This document shows positions 20,204-31,216 of a stretch of DNA of 64,000 nt, in pieces. The position numbers were made by a program, and so were the translations under genes. The notes beneath the pieces are model-generated. The model ran no database searches. It was not told the origin of the DNA and saw only the letters and a program-made list of their open reading frames with translations. Numbering within the stretch: the stretch's first letter is position 1; every line of letters starts with the position of its first letter. Source of the stretch: Syntrophales bacterium (GTDB taxonomy: Bacteria; Desulfobacterota; Syntrophia; Syntrophales; PHBD01); assembly GCA_963668175.1 (NCBI GenBank), contig OY764159.1:928001-992000 (forward strand), read 5' to 3'.

Positions 20204-20923
20204 ATGAAACATAACAGCCGAGAGAAAAAAATAAGGCGGGTTGCAGGTCCGTTCTGTTTTAAGGCCGCCTTGTTTTCAATGATTGCGCTCTTCCTGGGAT
20301 CGCTGTGCCCGGCTTTGCCGGCCGGTGCGGCCGCCCCGGACCTGGAGGCGCTCATCCGGGATATGCAGGCGAATTATGAGAAGACGGCGGATCTGAAGGC
20401 CGTCTTCGTTCAGGAAGTGACGCTCAAGTCCATGAACAAGACGGATCGCGAAGAGGGTGTCGTTTATTTCAAGAAGCCGAAGAAGATGCTGTGGGATTAT
20501 GAAAAGCCGAAGACCAAGAAGCTGGTGATCAACGCCAAAAAATCCTGGCTGTATATGCCCGAAGACAAGACGGTCTATGTTCAGGATTCGTCAGGCGTCT
20601 TCAAATCGAAAATCGTCGTGCGGTTTCTGGCGGGCATCGGAAGCCTTAAAAGCGATTTTTCCATCAAGTACTCTCAGCCGTCCGTCGACGAACAGGGCAA
20701 CTATCAGCTGACCCTGACTCCGAAGTCGCCGGGGCTTGGCGTGGGTAAACTTTTGATGACCGTCGACAAGGACAGTTATCAGATTATCCAGTGCCGGTTT
20801 TCCGACGCTTACGGAAACGCCACCCGCATTCAGTTCCAAAACATTCAATTAAACGGCGGTATGCCTGACAAGATGTTCACATTCGTAACGCCTCCGGGCG
20901 TCGATACCGTCAAGATGCCCTGA
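20204..20923 (+). CDS. lolA: Outer-membrane lipoprotein carrier LolA family
   Basis: Signal peptide; A.F.Q, G.VYFKKP.KM.WDY..P, W.Y.PE, F.F..P.GV. Confidence 0.88.
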   Translation: MKHNSREKKIRRVAGPFCFKAALFSMIALFLGSLCPALPAGAAAPDLEALIRDMQANYEKTADLKAVFVQEVTLKSMNKTDREEGVVYFKKPKKMLWDYEKPKTKKLVINAKKSWLYMPEDKTVYVQDSSGVFKSKIVVRFLAGIGSLKSDFSIKYSQPSVDEQGNYQLTLTPKSPGLGVGKLLMTVDKDSYQIIQCRFSDAYGNATRIQFQNIQLNGGMPDKMFTFVTPPGVDTVKMP

Positions 20924-20945
20924 CAGACAGAGGCGTGACCGGCCG

Positions 20946-21248
20946 TTACTTTTCCGGAAGGACAATTTTTCTCTTTTCCGGATCTTCCTGTTGGCGATAG
21001 AAGATGGCTGTGTGTCCGATCGTACCGACCAGGGTGCACCCTGCCCGTTCGGCGAGGGAAGCGATGATCGCCTGTTTCGCCTCTTTGTCCTTGAATTCGT
21101 TGAACTTCACCTTGACGAGTTCGTGCCTGTCCAACTCTTCGTGAAAGGCCTTGACGAGGCTGTCGGTCAGCCCCTTCTGGCCGATAAGAACGGAGGGATG
21201 CAGATTATGGGCAAGCCCCCGGAGATATTTTTTCTGAAAGCCCTTCAT
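20946..21248 (-). CDS. yhbY: CRM-domain RNA-binding protein YhbY
   Basis: QKKYLRGLAHNLHP.V.IG..G, HELVKVK, IGH.AI.YR; start ATG 21248. Confidence 0.92.
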   Translation of the reverse strand: MKGFQKKYLRGLAHNLHPSVLIGQKGLTDSLVKAFHEELDRHELVKVKFNEFKDKEAKQAIIASLAERAGCTLVGTIGHTAIFYRQQEDPEKRKIVLPEK

Positions 21249-21271
21249 GTCGTATTCCTTTCCTGATTGCG

Positions 21272-23281
21272 TCAATCTTGCTCTCCGCTGAATTCCAGCA
21301 GAATAGCGTTCAACTCCCGAATCTGATCCCTTAGAGCCGCCGCTTTTTCGAACTCCAGATCGGCCGCCGCCTGTTTCATCTCGGCGGTGAGTCTGCGGAT
21401 GAGATCAGGCAGTTCTTCGGCGGATTCGTAGGGGACCTTCTCTTCCGAGACGACCGGGACCGTGAGATAATCGGCTTCGTAGATGCTGCCGAGGATGTCG
21501 CGGATATCCTTCTGGATCGTCTCTGGCGTGATATGGTTCTCTTCGTTGTAGCAGGACTGCAGCTTACGGCGCCGTTCCGTTTCCGTGACGCAGGCCTCGA
21601 TGGATTTCGTCATCTGGTCTGCGTACATCACGACCTGTCCCGAAACGTTTCTCGCGGCGCGGCCGCTCGTCTGGATGAGGGAGCGCTCGGAGCGGAGAAA
21701 TCCTTCTTTGTCGGCATCCAGTATGGCGACCAGCGACACTTCCGGGATGTCCAGGCCTTCCCGCAGCAGATTGACGCCGATCAGGACGTCGAAGACGCCG
21801 CGCCGGAGGTCCCTGATGATTTCGACGCGCTCCAGCGTCTGTACGTCCGAATGCAGATAACGCACCTTAATACCCAACTCCTGATAATAGGCTGTGAGAT
21901 TCTCCGCCATCCGCTTCGTCAGGGTCGTGACCAGGACGCGCTCCCCCTTCTCCTGCCGCTGGCGGATCGCATCGAGAAGGTCGTCGACCTGATGACGGGC
22001 CGGCTTGATCACGATTTCCGGATCCATCAACCCGGTGGGCCGGATGATCTGCTCTGCGATGCGGCCGGCCGCCTTGTCCAGCTCGAACTGCGCAGGTGTG
22101 GCCGAGACATAGATGCGCTGCTGGGGAAAGTCTTCGTACTCGTCGAACCGGAGCGGCCGGTTGTCGAGGGCGGAAGGCAGGCGGAAGCCGTGCCGCACGA
22201 GTGTCTCCTTCCGGGAACGGTCACCGCGGTACATCCCGATCAGTTGGGGGATCGTGGCATGGGATTCGTCGATGACGATCAGGGCATCCTTCGGCAGATA
22301 CTCCATCAGCGTCGGCGGCGGTTCGCCGGGCTGCCGGCCCGTCAGATGGCGCGAGTAGTTTTCGATACCCTGGCAATACCCCATCTCTTCCATCATCTCA
22401 ATATCGAACGATGTCCTCTGTTCCAGGCGCTGCGCCTCCAGCAGCATATTCCTGCCGCGCAATTCGGAGAGTCTTTCCCTCAGTTCATCACGGATATCGG
22501 TAACGGCGCGCCTCAGATTGTCTTCGGTGGTTACGTAATGGCTGCCCGGATAAACGGTCATGCTCGGAACCGTACGGATTTTCTTTCCCCGCAGGGGATC
22601 CACGATCGTCATCGACTCGATTGTATCCCCGAAGAACGCGATGCGGACCGCCATCTCCTCTTCGTAGGGAGGAAATATTTCGACGATGTCGCCGCGGGCG
22701 CGAAACGTCCCCCTGTGAAAATCGACATCGTTGCGTTCGTACTGGATTTCGACGAGCCGCTTCAGGAGGTCGTCACGGGAGATCTCCATGCCTTCCTCGA
22801 GGCGGATCGTCATGCCGTGGTAGGCCTCCGGCGAACCCAGGCCGTATATGCACGAAACGCTGGCGACAATGATGACGTCGCGGCGTTCGAACAGGGAGCG
22901 TGTCGCCGAGTGGCGCAATTTGTCGATTTCTTCGTTGATGGACGAATCTTTTTCGATATAGGTGTCGGTTGCCGGCAGGTAGGCCTCAGGCTGGTAGTAG
23001 TCGTAATAGCTGACAAAATATTCCACCGCGTTCTCCGGGAAGAGCGTCTTGAACTCCCCATAGAGCTGGGCCGCCAGGGTCTTGTTGTGGGCGATGACAA
23101 TCGCCGGCTTCTCCACGGCATGGATCAGGTTCGCGATGGTAAAGGTTTTGCCGGAGCCCGTCACGCCCAGGAGCACCTGATGGCCGTAGCCCTTTTCGAC
23201 GCCTTCCGTGAGCTTTGCGATGGCCTGCGGCTGATCGCCTTTAGGTTCGTAATCGGTAACGAGGTGGAACAGACCTGCCAT
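21272..23281 (-). CDS. uvrB: Excinuclease ABC subunit B
   Basis: [40 protein letters not shown]-terminal UVR domain. Confidence 0.98.
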   Translation of the reverse strand: MAGLFHLVTDYEPKGDQPQAIAKLTEGVEKGYGHQVLLGVTGSGKTFTIANLIHAVEKPAIVIAHNKTLAAQLYGEFKTLFPENAVEYFVSYYDYYQPEAYLPATDTYIEKDSSINEEIDKLRHSATRSLFERRDVIIVASVSCIYGLGSPEAYHGMTIRLEEGMEISRDDLLKRLVEIQYERNDVDFHRGTFRARGDIVEIFPPYEEEMAVRIAFFGDTIESMTIVDPLRGKKIRTVPSMTVYPGSHYVTTEDNLRRAVTDIRDELRERLSELRGRNMLLEAQRLEQRTSFDIEMMEEMGYCQGIENYSRHLTGRQPGEPPPTLMEYLPKDALIVIDESHATIPQLIGMYRGDRSRKETLVRHGFRLPSALDNRPLRFDEYEDFPQQRIYVSATPAQFELDKAAGRIAEQIIRPTGLMDPEIVIKPARHQVDDLLDAIRQRQEKGERVLVTTLTKRMAENLTAYYQELGIKVRYLHSDVQTLERVEIIRDLRRGVFDVLIGVNLLREGLDIPEVSLVAILDADKEGFLRSERSLIQTSGRAARNVSGQVVMYADQMTKSIEACVTETERRRKLQSCYNEENHITPETIQKDIRDILGSIYEADYLTVPVVSEEKVPYESAEELPDLIRRLTAEMKQAAADLEFEKAAALRDQIRELNAILLEFSGEQD

Positions 23282-23351
23282 GCATGTCCTTTCTTCAGCA
23301 CGGAAAATGAAAGCAGGATGAATCTTGGGGTTTTTGCAGATTGAACTTCGT

Positions 23352-24125
23352 TTAGTCCAGGATATTCGCCTTCATGAATGTCTTCTGCAGCGCATCCAGC
23401 GCATCGTATTTCGTCAAGTCGGACTGAATCGGCGTAATCGTGATCAAACCTTTTTTCAAAGCGTAGGCGTCGGAATCTTCATCTTCGCGATCGGCCAACT
23501 GGGTTTCGCCGGCAAGCCAGTAGTAAACGTTATCCCTTGGATCCATTCGCTTGTCGAAATTTTCGACCAGCCTTGCCTTGCCCTGTTTTACGACGGCTAT
23601 GCCCCTGATTTTATCGGGGGGAACAGCCGGTATGTTGACATTCAGGGCCAAAGGGCTCAACACGGGGTTCTTTGTAATGAAGAGGGCGATTTTCCGGGCG
23701 ATCCGGGCGGCAAAGGTGAAGTCCGCTTCCCGGTGGGTGTCGAGCGATACGGCCAGGGACGGCACGCCGAGAATAACGGCTTCCGTGGCGGCCGATACGG
23801 TTCCTGAATAGATGACATTGATGCCGACATTCGCCCCTCGGTTGATACCCGATACGACGAGATCGACGGAATTTTCCGTAAGCTCGTTGATTCCTATTTT
23901 GACGCAATCGGCGGGTGTGCCTGCGACCGAGTACCCGAAAAAATGTCCGTTCTTCCTGACGCGTTTGACCATGAGCGGCCGGGATATGGTAATGGCATGT
24001 CCTACGGCGCTCTGTTCGATTTCCGGAGCGACGACCAGACAGTCGGCTTCATGGCTTAGCTCGTCGTACAGGGCGCTCAATCCCCGGGCATGGACGCCGT
24101 CGTCGTTAGTGAGAAGAAAGTTCAT
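23352..24125 (-). CDS. surE: 5'/3'-nucleotidase SurE
   Basis: [29 protein letters not shown]. Confidence 0.97.
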   Translation of the reverse strand: MNFLLTNDDGVHARGLSALYDELSHEADCLVVAPEIEQSAVGHAITISRPLMVKRVRKNGHFFGYSVAGTPADCVKIGINELTENSVDLVVSGINRGANVGINVIYSGTVSAATEAVILGVPSLAVSLDTHREADFTFAARIARKIALFITKNPVLSPLALNVNIPAVPPDKIRGIAVVKQGKARLVENFDKRMDPRDNVYYWLAGETQLADREDEDSDAYALKKGLITITPIQSDLTKYDALDALQKTFMKANILD

Positions 24126-25369
24126 TATTTTGCCTGAATGATCTGTCCATCCTTGATGGTTAACGTAAAGATGCTCTTGTCCGCGCTCCGGGAATCGGCG
24201 AACGTCGTCTTCCCCGTTGCACCGCGATAGCTCCTGAGGCTGGCGAGCCTTTCCCGGAAGGCTCGCCTCGAAGCGATCTTGTAATCGAGAACGATTCTTC
24301 GCGCGATTTGAGCAGCATCATAGGCCATGGCCTCGAGCGTTCCCGGATTCCTGCCGTATGCCGTGAAAAAAAGATCCGTAAATTCGATCGCCTCCCGAAC
24401 AAAACTATTGGTTGTGAAGCTGTCCATAAAGACGGCACCCTCCAGGGCGATGTCCGCTGCGGATTCGCCCAGCTCGTCTTTGGACTTTCCGCCCATGTCA
24501 GGATGATTCCATAAATTGGTTCCGAGAAGTTTGACGCCGCGCACGTTATAGAAAGCCAGTTGAGAGGCGATCATCTTAACCCTGCCGAACGCATCGGGAA
24601 TGAACAGGGCATCGAAATCAATGGCCGGCCGGTATTCCTCGTCATCCTCCTTCGCCTCCCGGGACGTCTTCTTGCTGCGTGCCGCCGTTTTCTGGGGAGG
24701 AGCGATGGCTTTAATCTCGTCGCCGAAATCCGTCTGGTCTGTCTTGTAGGACCGGGACCGCTTGATCGTCCCTTTGTGTTTGAGGACCTCCGCCCGAAAG
24801 AGGGCGGCCATTTCCCGCCCATAGTCGTCATGGGGATTAAGCATAGCGAAGTCTTTCATGCCGAGATCGAGCATACAGTATTCGACGAGGGCGCGGATTT
24901 GCTGCTGAGGTGTCAAGGCCAGTTGGAAAACGTTGTCCCCGATCTCCGTGATACCCTCTTTTTGCGACAGGATGATGATAGGCACGCCCAGCTTCTGGGC
25001 CTCCTCTACCGCCGCGGGTGCCTCTTCGGGCGATAACAATCCGACGATCGCGATAACTTTGTGCTCGCCGGCCAACCGCGAGACCGCGGCCTTCACTCCT
25101 GCCGCTTCACTGGCGGTGTCCTCAACGAATAGCTTAAAAGGACTGCTCGCTCCCGCGCCGAAGAGGTCTAGGGAAAGAATCATGGCCTCTGCGGCCCTGT
25201 TGCCGTTTACACTGTGTTTCCCTGTGAGAGGCAGCAGGCATCCGATGGCATACGGATCCGGATTCCCCTCTGCCGGGTTCGCGGTCTGCGCTCCGACGTC
25301 GGCTCCGAAAACGAGGCATGAGAGAAAAAAAAGAAACAGAATATATGACGATCTTCGGATAATGTTCAT
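24125..25369 (-). CDS. Periplasmic binding protein type I, LpoA/LppC-like (PBP-activator C-terminal domain)
   Basis: Signal peptide; IGCLLPLTG, FDALFIPD, QLAFY, LLGTNLW, AYDA, GATG...F. Confidence 0.7.
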   Translation of the reverse strand: MNIIRRSSYILFLFFLSCLVFGADVGAQTANPAEGNPDPYAIGCLLPLTGKHSVNGNRAAEAMILSLDLFGAGASSPFKLFVEDTASEAAGVKAAVSRLAGEHKVIAIVGLLSPEEAPAAVEEAQKLGVPIIILSQKEGITEIGDNVFQLALTPQQQIRALVEYCMLDLGMKDFAMLNPHDDYGREMAALFRAEVLKHKGTIKRSRSYKTDQTDFGDEIKAIAPPQKTAARSKKTSREAKEDDEEYRPAIDFDALFIPDAFGRVKMIASQLAFYNVRGVKLLGTNLWNHPDMGGKSKDELGESAADIALEGAVFMDSFTTNSFVREAIEFTDLFFTAYGRNPGTLEAMAYDAAQIARRIVLDYKIASRRAFRERLASLRSYRGATGKTTFADSRSADKSIFTLTIKDGQIIQAK

Positions 25370-25552
25370 TAAGCATCCGTCAAGACATGGGCATGGTTCG
25401 GTTGCCCGTTTTTCATCACTCCCGCCGTCCTATCGGCCGGCGGCCATGGCTGCGGCGATGTTCGCCTGTATCTTTATGCTTGCGGGGTCATGCAGTGTGA
25501 CCTGCCCTTCGACTACGTAACAGTATAACAAACAGAAGCGGTCTTCAATAAG

Positions 25553-25590
25553 AAAAAGCCCGGGAGTTTTCTCTGAGGAATCTCCCGGGC
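25553..25590 (-). terminator. Intrinsic terminator after dnaK
   Basis: gcccgggag...ctcccgggc hairpin followed by a T-run on the minus strand. Confidence 0.75.
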
Positions 25591-25620
25591 ATCATGTTTT
25601 CCTTATCTATATATCGGCGG

Positions 25621-27537
25621 TTATTTGACTTCTTCGAAGTCCGCATCGACGACATCGTCGTCCTTCTTAGCGGAGCCCTGCTGCCCGGCGTGGGCGCCGC
25701 CTTGAGGGCCATCCGCCCCGGGCTGACCCGTTGCCGTTTTGGCATACATGGCTTCGGCAAGCTTGTGCGACGCCGTCGTTAATTCATCCTGGGCCTTCTT
25801 GATGGCTTCCATGTCGTCGCCTTCAATCGCTTTCTTGACCCTGCCGATGGCCTCTTCGATCCGGCCTTTTTCGGCGGCGTCTATCTTATCCCCGAACTCC
25901 TTCACGTTCTTCTCGACGCTGTATACCAGGGCGTCTGCGTGATTCCTTGCTTCGATCAATTCCTTCTTCTTCTTGTCATCGTCCGAATGGGCTTCGGCCT
26001 CTTTGACGAACTTCTTGATCTCCTCCTCCGACAGACCGCTGGAGGCCGTGATCTTGATGCTCTGCTCCTTGCCCGTGCCCAGATCCTTGGCCGAGACGTG
26101 GACGATCCCGTTGGCGTCGATGTCGAACGTCACTTCGATCTGGGGAACGCCTCGCGGGGCCGGCGGAATGCCGACCAGTTCAAAGCGTCCCAGGGTCCTG
26201 TTGTCCCCGGCCATGGAGCGCTCGCCCTGAAGGACGTGGATGCTCACCGCCGGCTGGTTGTCCGCCGCAGTCGAGAATGTCTGGCTCTTCTTCGTCGGGA
26301 TCGTCGTGTTCTTCTCGATCAGTCTGGTCATGACGCCGCCCAGCGTCTCGATCCCGAGCGACAGTGGCGTAACGTCGAGGAGCAGGACGTCTTTTACGTC
26401 GCCTGCGAGAACGCCGCCCTGAATGGCCGCACCGACGGCCACGACTTCGTCGGGATTGACGCCCTTATGGGGTTCTCTGCCGAAAATCTCCTTCACTTTC
26501 TGCTGAACACGGGGCACCCGCGTCATGCCGCCGACAAGGATGACCTCGTCGATGTCCTTGGCGCCCAAACCGGCGTCCTTGAGGGCCGTTACGCACGGCG
26601 GCACCAGTTTTTCAATGAGGTCCTCCACCAGAGACTCCATCTTGGCCCTGGTCAGTTTGATATTCAGGTGCTTGGGCCCTGAGGCGTCGGCCGTGATGAA
26701 AGGCAGATTGATATCTGTCTCCATGGCCGTCGAAAGCTCCATCTTGGCCTTTTCCGCGCCTTCTTTCAGCCGCTGCAGCGCCATCTTGTCGTTTCTCAAA
26801 TCGATTCCCTGGTCTTTCTTGAATTCCGTGACCAGGTAATCGATCAGACGCTGGTCGAAGTCCTCGCCGCCCAGGTGGGTATCGCCGTTCGTCGCCTTGA
26901 CTTCAAAAACCCCGTCGCCGATTTCCAGAATCGAGATATCGAATGTGCCGCCGCCCAAGTCGAAGACGGCGATCTTTTCGTCCTTTTTCTTATCGAGGCC
27001 GTAGGCCAGGGCCGCCGCAGTCGGTTCGTTGATGATCCTGAGGACGTTGAGTCCCGAAATCCTGCCTGCATCCTTGGTGGCCTGCCTCTGCGAGTCGTTG
27101 AAATATGCGGGAACCGTGATGACGGCATCGTTAACCTTTTGCCCGAGAAAATCCTCGGCCGTCTGTTTCATTTTCACCAGGATCATGGAGGATATCTCCG
27201 CCGGGCTGTAGTCCCTGCCGCGCAGCGTCACCTGGGCATCTCCGTTTTTGGCTTCGGTGATTTTGTACGGCGTGATCGATTTGTCGTACTGCACTTCCTT
27301 GGAACTATATTTTCTGCCGATCATACGCTTGATGGCGTAAACCGTATTTTCAGAATTGGTAATGGCCTGCCTCTTGGCTATTTGACCGACGACCCTCTCT
27401 CCGCTTTCCGTGATGGCAATCATGGAAGGAGTCGTACGATTGCCCTCCTGATTCGCTATGACAACGGGATCGCCCCCTTCCATGATCGCAACACATGAAT
27501 TGGTTGTTCCCAAGTCAATCCCTATGATCTTTCCCAT
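25621..27537 (-). CDS. dnaK: Chaperone DnaK
   Basis: [33 protein letters not shown]. Confidence 0.99.
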   Translation of the reverse strand: MGKIIGIDLGTTNSCVAIMEGGDPVVIANQEGNRTTPSMIAITESGERVVGQIAKRQAITNSENTVYAIKRMIGRKYSSKEVQYDKSITPYKITEAKNGDAQVTLRGRDYSPAEISSMILVKMKQTAEDFLGQKVNDAVITVPAYFNDSQRQATKDAGRISGLNVLRIINEPTAAALAYGLDKKKDEKIAVFDLGGGTFDISILEIGDGVFEVKATNGDTHLGGEDFDQRLIDYLVTEFKKDQGIDLRNDKMALQRLKEGAEKAKMELSTAMETDINLPFITADASGPKHLNIKLTRAKMESLVEDLIEKLVPPCVTALKDAGLGAKDIDEVILVGGMTRVPRVQQKVKEIFGREPHKGVNPDEVVAVGAAIQGGVLAGDVKDVLLLDVTPLSLGIETLGGVMTRLIEKNTTIPTKKSQTFSTAADNQPAVSIHVLQGERSMAGDNRTLGRFELVGIPPAPRGVPQIEVTFDIDANGIVHVSAKDLGTGKEQSIKITASSGLSEEEIKKFVKEAEAHSDDDKKKKELIEARNHADALVYSVEKNVKEFGDKIDAAEKGRIEEAIGRVKKAIEGDDMEAIKKAQDELTTASHKLAEAMYAKTATGQPGADGPQGGAHAGQQGSAKKDDDVVDADFEEVK

Positions 27538-27551
27538 CTCATCCTCCTTGC

Positions 27552-28175
27552 TTAGGCTTTAATCTCTATTCTTTTTCCAGATTCTTCCGCCTCTGGCTGT
27601 TTGTCTTGCCTGCTCCGCTTGCACACCGACACTTTGGCCGGCCTCAGGAGTCTGCCGTTCAGCAGATATCCCTTCTCGAACTCGCAGACGACCTTGTTGT
27701 CCTCATGCTGGTCGCTCTCCACTTTCATCATGGCTTCATGGACGTTCGGATCGAAATCCATGTCCCGGCAATCCACTTTCGTGACGCCGTACTTTTCCAG
27801 ATAACAGGCCAACTGGTTTTGTATAAGCTTCAATCCCTCCGTGAAGGCCTTGAAGTCGCTGGACGTCGCGGCATGTTCGATGGCCCTGTCCAGGCTGTCT
27901 ACCATCGGGAGGAGATCCCGCAGAAGGTTCTCGTTGCCGTACTTGATGGCCTCGCTCTTCTCCCTGACGGCCCTCTTTCTATAATTGTCCAGTTCCGCGG
28001 CTGCTCGAAGATACTTGTCGTAATGATCGGCAGCCTCTTTCTCCTTCGCCTTCAACTTATCCATGAGTTCGTCAACTGTTCCCCCCGGCCCTTCTTTGTG
28101 CATCGCTTCGTCGCTGAGCTTTTCCTGATCCGCCGGCGATCTTTCCGTCGGATCCTCTGTCGTTTTCCTAACCAT
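27552..28175 (-). CDS. grpE: Nucleotide exchange factor GrpE
   Basis: [33 protein letters not shown]. Confidence 0.97.
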   Translation of the reverse strand: MVRKTTEDPTERSPADQEKLSDEAMHKEGPGGTVDELMDKLKAKEKEAADHYDKYLRAAAELDNYRKRAVREKSEAIKYGNENLLRDLLPMVDSLDRAIEHAATSSDFKAFTEGLKLIQNQLACYLEKYGVTKVDCRDMDFDPNVHEAMMKVESDQHEDNKVVCEFEKGYLLNGRLLRPAKVSVCKRSRQDKQPEAEESGKRIEIKA

Positions 28176-28211
28176 TATTGCAGCAAAATCCCTTCTATGG
28201 CTTATTAGTCC

Positions 28212-28796
28212 CTACTTGCCGTCCGGTCTCTGGAACAGCTTGAAATCGATCATTTCGCAGATCACGTGGCCCACCGTGATATGGACTTCCTGGATACGCG
28301 GCGTATTGGTCGACGGCACAACAAGAGAATAATCCACAATCTTGGCCACGTCTCCGCCGTCCTTTCCCGTCAGGCCGATGGTCGTCATCTCCATCTTTTT
28401 CGCCATTTCCATGGCCTTGACAATGTTAGGCGACTTGCCGCTCGTACTCATTCCCCAGGCCACATCGCCCGGATGGCCGATCGCCCGTATCTGTTTGCTG
28501 AAAATTTCAGCATAGTCGTAATCGTTGGCGATACTTGTAATGACGGATGTATCGGTCGTCAAGGCAATCGCAGGGAGCGGCGGCCTTTCAATAACGAACC
28601 TGTTGACGAATTCCGCCGCCAGGTGTTGGGCATCCGCCGCGCTGCCGCCGTTCCCGAAAATCAGAATCTTGTTTCCGGCATTCAGGGCGTTGATAATGGC
28701 ATGAATGACTGTGATAATTCTCCCGAGATTTTCGTTGACGAAGGCGTCTTTAAGCCTCGCACTCTCTTTGAACGTCCTGACGATATGATCTTCCAT
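28212..28796 (-). CDS. gmhA: Phosphoheptose isomerase
   Basis: GNGGSAADAQH, NDY, FSKQ, STSG.S, RIQEVH; likely start ATG 28796. Confidence 0.95.
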   Translation of the reverse strand: MEDHIVRTFKESARLKDAFVNENLGRIITVIHAIINALNAGNKILIFGNGGSAADAQHLAAEFVNRFVIERPPLPAIALTTDTSVITSIANDYDYAEIFSKQIRAIGHPGDVAWGMSTSGKSPNIVKAMEMAKKMEMTTIGLTGKDGGDVAKIVDYSLVVPSTNTPRIQEVHITVGHVICEMIDFKLFQRPDGK

Positions 28797-28826
28797 CAAT
28801 GCCACACAATGTTCTAATTTTGCGAT

Positions 28827-28855
28827 AATATATTTATCGTACCCAGTCATGTCAA
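28827..28855 (-). promoter_or_regulatory. Putative sigma70 promoter for gmhA-grpE-dnaK
   Basis: TTGACA-N17-TATATT on the minus strand. Confidence 0.6.
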
Positions 28856-29006
28856 GGGCAGGTGGGCATTATAATTTTCCCAGACCGGGAACGTATTGAC
28901 GGATGGCGGTTTCCACTACCGGGACGGGCTGATGGAATGATTATGCCGGTGATAAAGAGTGAATACGCAGGCATTTTGAGGTTTTGCATGTGGATACATT
29001 CCGGAA

Positions 29007-31064
29007 CTAGATGAAAAATAATTCATTCCGGTTGCGATCCTTCAATTCCGCAAGCTTTCCCTTGTTCCAGTCGGAAATGCGGCTGTAATATTGCGTGATT
29101 CGGGCAACACCGTCGACGTCCTCCGATCCGCAATGCAGGCAGGCGTCCGTAAGGCCCCGGGATGTTTGGCCGCAATGGAAACATACGGTGAATTCCGGCG
29201 AGAAAGCGAGCTGCCGGCTTTTCGTGTCCCGGAAAGCCCCGACAACCAACGCGATGAGTTTTGCCGGAGATACGGAGCGGCTTCCCAGGGAGATGAGCGT
29301 AATGGGACCGTCGCCGATCAGGGGATGGAAGGAACCCTCCCTGGCGATGCGGGCGGGGGGATCGACAGCCGCCGCTACGTCCAGGTGGGTTGAATTGCTG
29401 TAAAAGATCTCTCCCCGGCCTACGTTTCCCCTTACGTGACGGCCTGCCTCCGGAGAAAAGTACTTCAGATCGAGCCTGGCAAAACGATGCGACGTCGTCT
29501 CCGCGTGGGATTGTCCCAGGACGAATCTCATCCCGTGCCTTTCGCTCAAATCCTCGGCTTTCCGGAGCATATGCTCGATCACTTTCAGCCCGAAAGCATG
29601 TGCTTCCTCGGATTGATGTAAGGGCTTTCCCGTCATGATTCCGGCAAGTTCGTTCAGCCCTACCATACCGAAAAGGGAGACCGTCCGTTCCATACGGAAA
29701 TAAGGGTGTCCGTCCTTGTCCATCGTCATGAGCGACAGGGGCCCCTGCCCGCCGTACGAGAGGAGTCTTTCGATGAAATCCTTTTTCTGTACGTGGGCCT
29801 TGGCGGCCAGATCCATGATGTCGTCGAGCAGATTGAAAACGCTGCCTTGCCCCCTCTTCTCGCGGTAACCGAGCCTGGGGAGGTTGATCGTCACGTTGTG
29901 CAGGACGAAGGATCGCTCGGTCCAAGGAGTAGAGCGTTCCGGGCTTGCCGGCCGCTTTTCCTCCCGGCGATTCTTGCCCGAAGCAGCCGAGTCGTCGCGG
30001 TCGAAGATAAAGCAGGTATTTCCTTTTTCGGCGGCTACGGTGCCTGTTTGTTCCAGGAAAGCCTCGTGGCCCTCCGACTCGAAGAATTTTCCGGAGATAT
30101 GGACGATAGGACGCGGGAAGACGAAAGGCCTGCCCGATCCGTCGCCTTCCAGGAACACCGAAAAGATGGCTTCTGCGAACTTCCGGGCCTCGGTTTGATA
30201 ATCTCCGTAAACAAGGCCGGTCAAAACGCCGCCGGGACCGACGGCGGGAGACCCGGTAAGACCGTCGGGGATATCCCAGTAAAGATGGATGTCGGTGAAC
30301 ATCGCCTGCCCGCCCCGCGACGCGGTCAACTGGGAAAATTCGTAAATCAGCAGTTGGGCGATCTGGCGGATGTCGCCGTCGGAGAGTCCTCTCAAGTAGG
30401 GTGCGAATGAAATATTGACGGCGTCCCAGGCGATTACTCCGGCGAAATGGGCCTGAAGAACGGCGCCGAACCGCACCATGTGGGCGATCAACACCTCGGC
30501 ATGCCTCGCAGGCTTCGCTCCGGTTAGGGAATGAGGCAGGTTCAAGCCGAACTTCTTCAAATATTCGAGCGACTGGAAGGCGCTGTACGGCCTGTCGATA
30601 TAGCCGAGGCCGTGGAGATGAAAATCGCCGGCCGTGTGTGCATCCCCGACGTCCTGGGAAAAGACGTCGCGGAGGGCGTATTCTTTCTTGATGCCTTCGG
30701 CGAGGATGAGGTTCGTCCCCTCCGGACCGTGGGGCACGTTGGCATTTTCGCGGTTGCGGTGAAGGATCAACTGCCTCGTATCGTAAAGGGGAAAACCCAG
30801 CCGGGCATGCATTTTACCGGCCTTATCCAGGCCCCGCTCGATAAGTCTCGCATCAACCAGTTCCCGGATGAGGGCCGTCGTCAGCGTGCCGATGCCGGAC
30901 GCCATGATCTGCTTTTCAACCTCCCGGCTGATGGCTTGGGCCGTTTCGACGTCGATGTCCGTCTCCCGCATGAGGGCATCGACAATACGCTGCCGATTCC
31001 ATCCTGCCAGCTCCTCGCCCGATGTCCGGACAAATAGGGTTATATCGGTCGTTTCTTCCACCAT
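29007..31064 (-). CDS. nrdD: Class III (anaerobic) ribonucleotide reductase NrdD paralogue, catalytic residues degenerate
   Basis: N-terminal ATP-cone, ENANVPH, SRGGQ, F.FP, NLPR, CxxC-CxxC Zn ribbon, WNKGK.AE.KDR tail; but RITQY instead of RITGY and both catalytic Cys missing. Confidence 0.85.
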   Translation of the reverse strand: MVEETTDITLFVRTSGEELAGWNRQRIVDALMRETDIDVETAQAISREVEKQIMASGIGTLTTALIRELVDARLIERGLDKAGKMHARLGFPLYDTRQLILHRNRENANVPHGPEGTNLILAEGIKKEYALRDVFSQDVGDAHTAGDFHLHGLGYIDRPYSAFQSLEYLKKFGLNLPHSLTGAKPARHAEVLIAHMVRFGAVLQAHFAGVIAWDAVNISFAPYLRGLSDGDIRQIAQLLIYEFSQLTASRGGQAMFTDIHLYWDIPDGLTGSPAVGPGGVLTGLVYGDYQTEARKFAEAIFSVFLEGDGSGRPFVFPRPIVHISGKFFESEGHEAFLEQTGTVAAEKGNTCFIFDRDDSAASGKNRREEKRPASPERSTPWTERSFVLHNVTINLPRLGYREKRGQGSVFNLLDDIMDLAAKAHVQKKDFIERLLSYGGQGPLSLMTMDKDGHPYFRMERTVSLFGMVGLNELAGIMTGKPLHQSEEAHAFGLKVIEHMLRKAEDLSERHGMRFVLGQSHAETTSHRFARLDLKYFSPEAGRHVRGNVGRGEIFYSNSTHLDVAAAVDPPARIAREGSFHPLIGDGPITLISLGSRSVSPAKLIALVVGAFRDTKSRQLAFSPEFTVCFHCGQTSRGLTDACLHCGSEDVDGVARITQYYSRISDWNKGKLAELKDRNRNELFFI

Positions 31065-31147
31065 CTCCCGTCCTTTGCTTCCCTCAATTGCGACATGCTT
31101 TATAATATAAGGACGAAAAGATCAAATAGGGAAAGGCATTTCCCTTC

Positions 31148-31176
31148 TTGACAGACCCCCATGGTTAACCTATATT
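31148..31176 (+). promoter_or_regulatory. Putative sigma70 promoter for the SPFH operon
   Basis: TTGACA-N17-TATATT. Confidence 0.6.
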
Positions 31177-31216
31177 GCCATACAATGTCATAACATTGGG
31201 AGGTTCAGGTGCAGGC

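Noticed and set aside
31065..31216. NrdR boxes upstream of the nrdD paralogue
   Set aside because: No convincing match to the tandem NrdR consensus.
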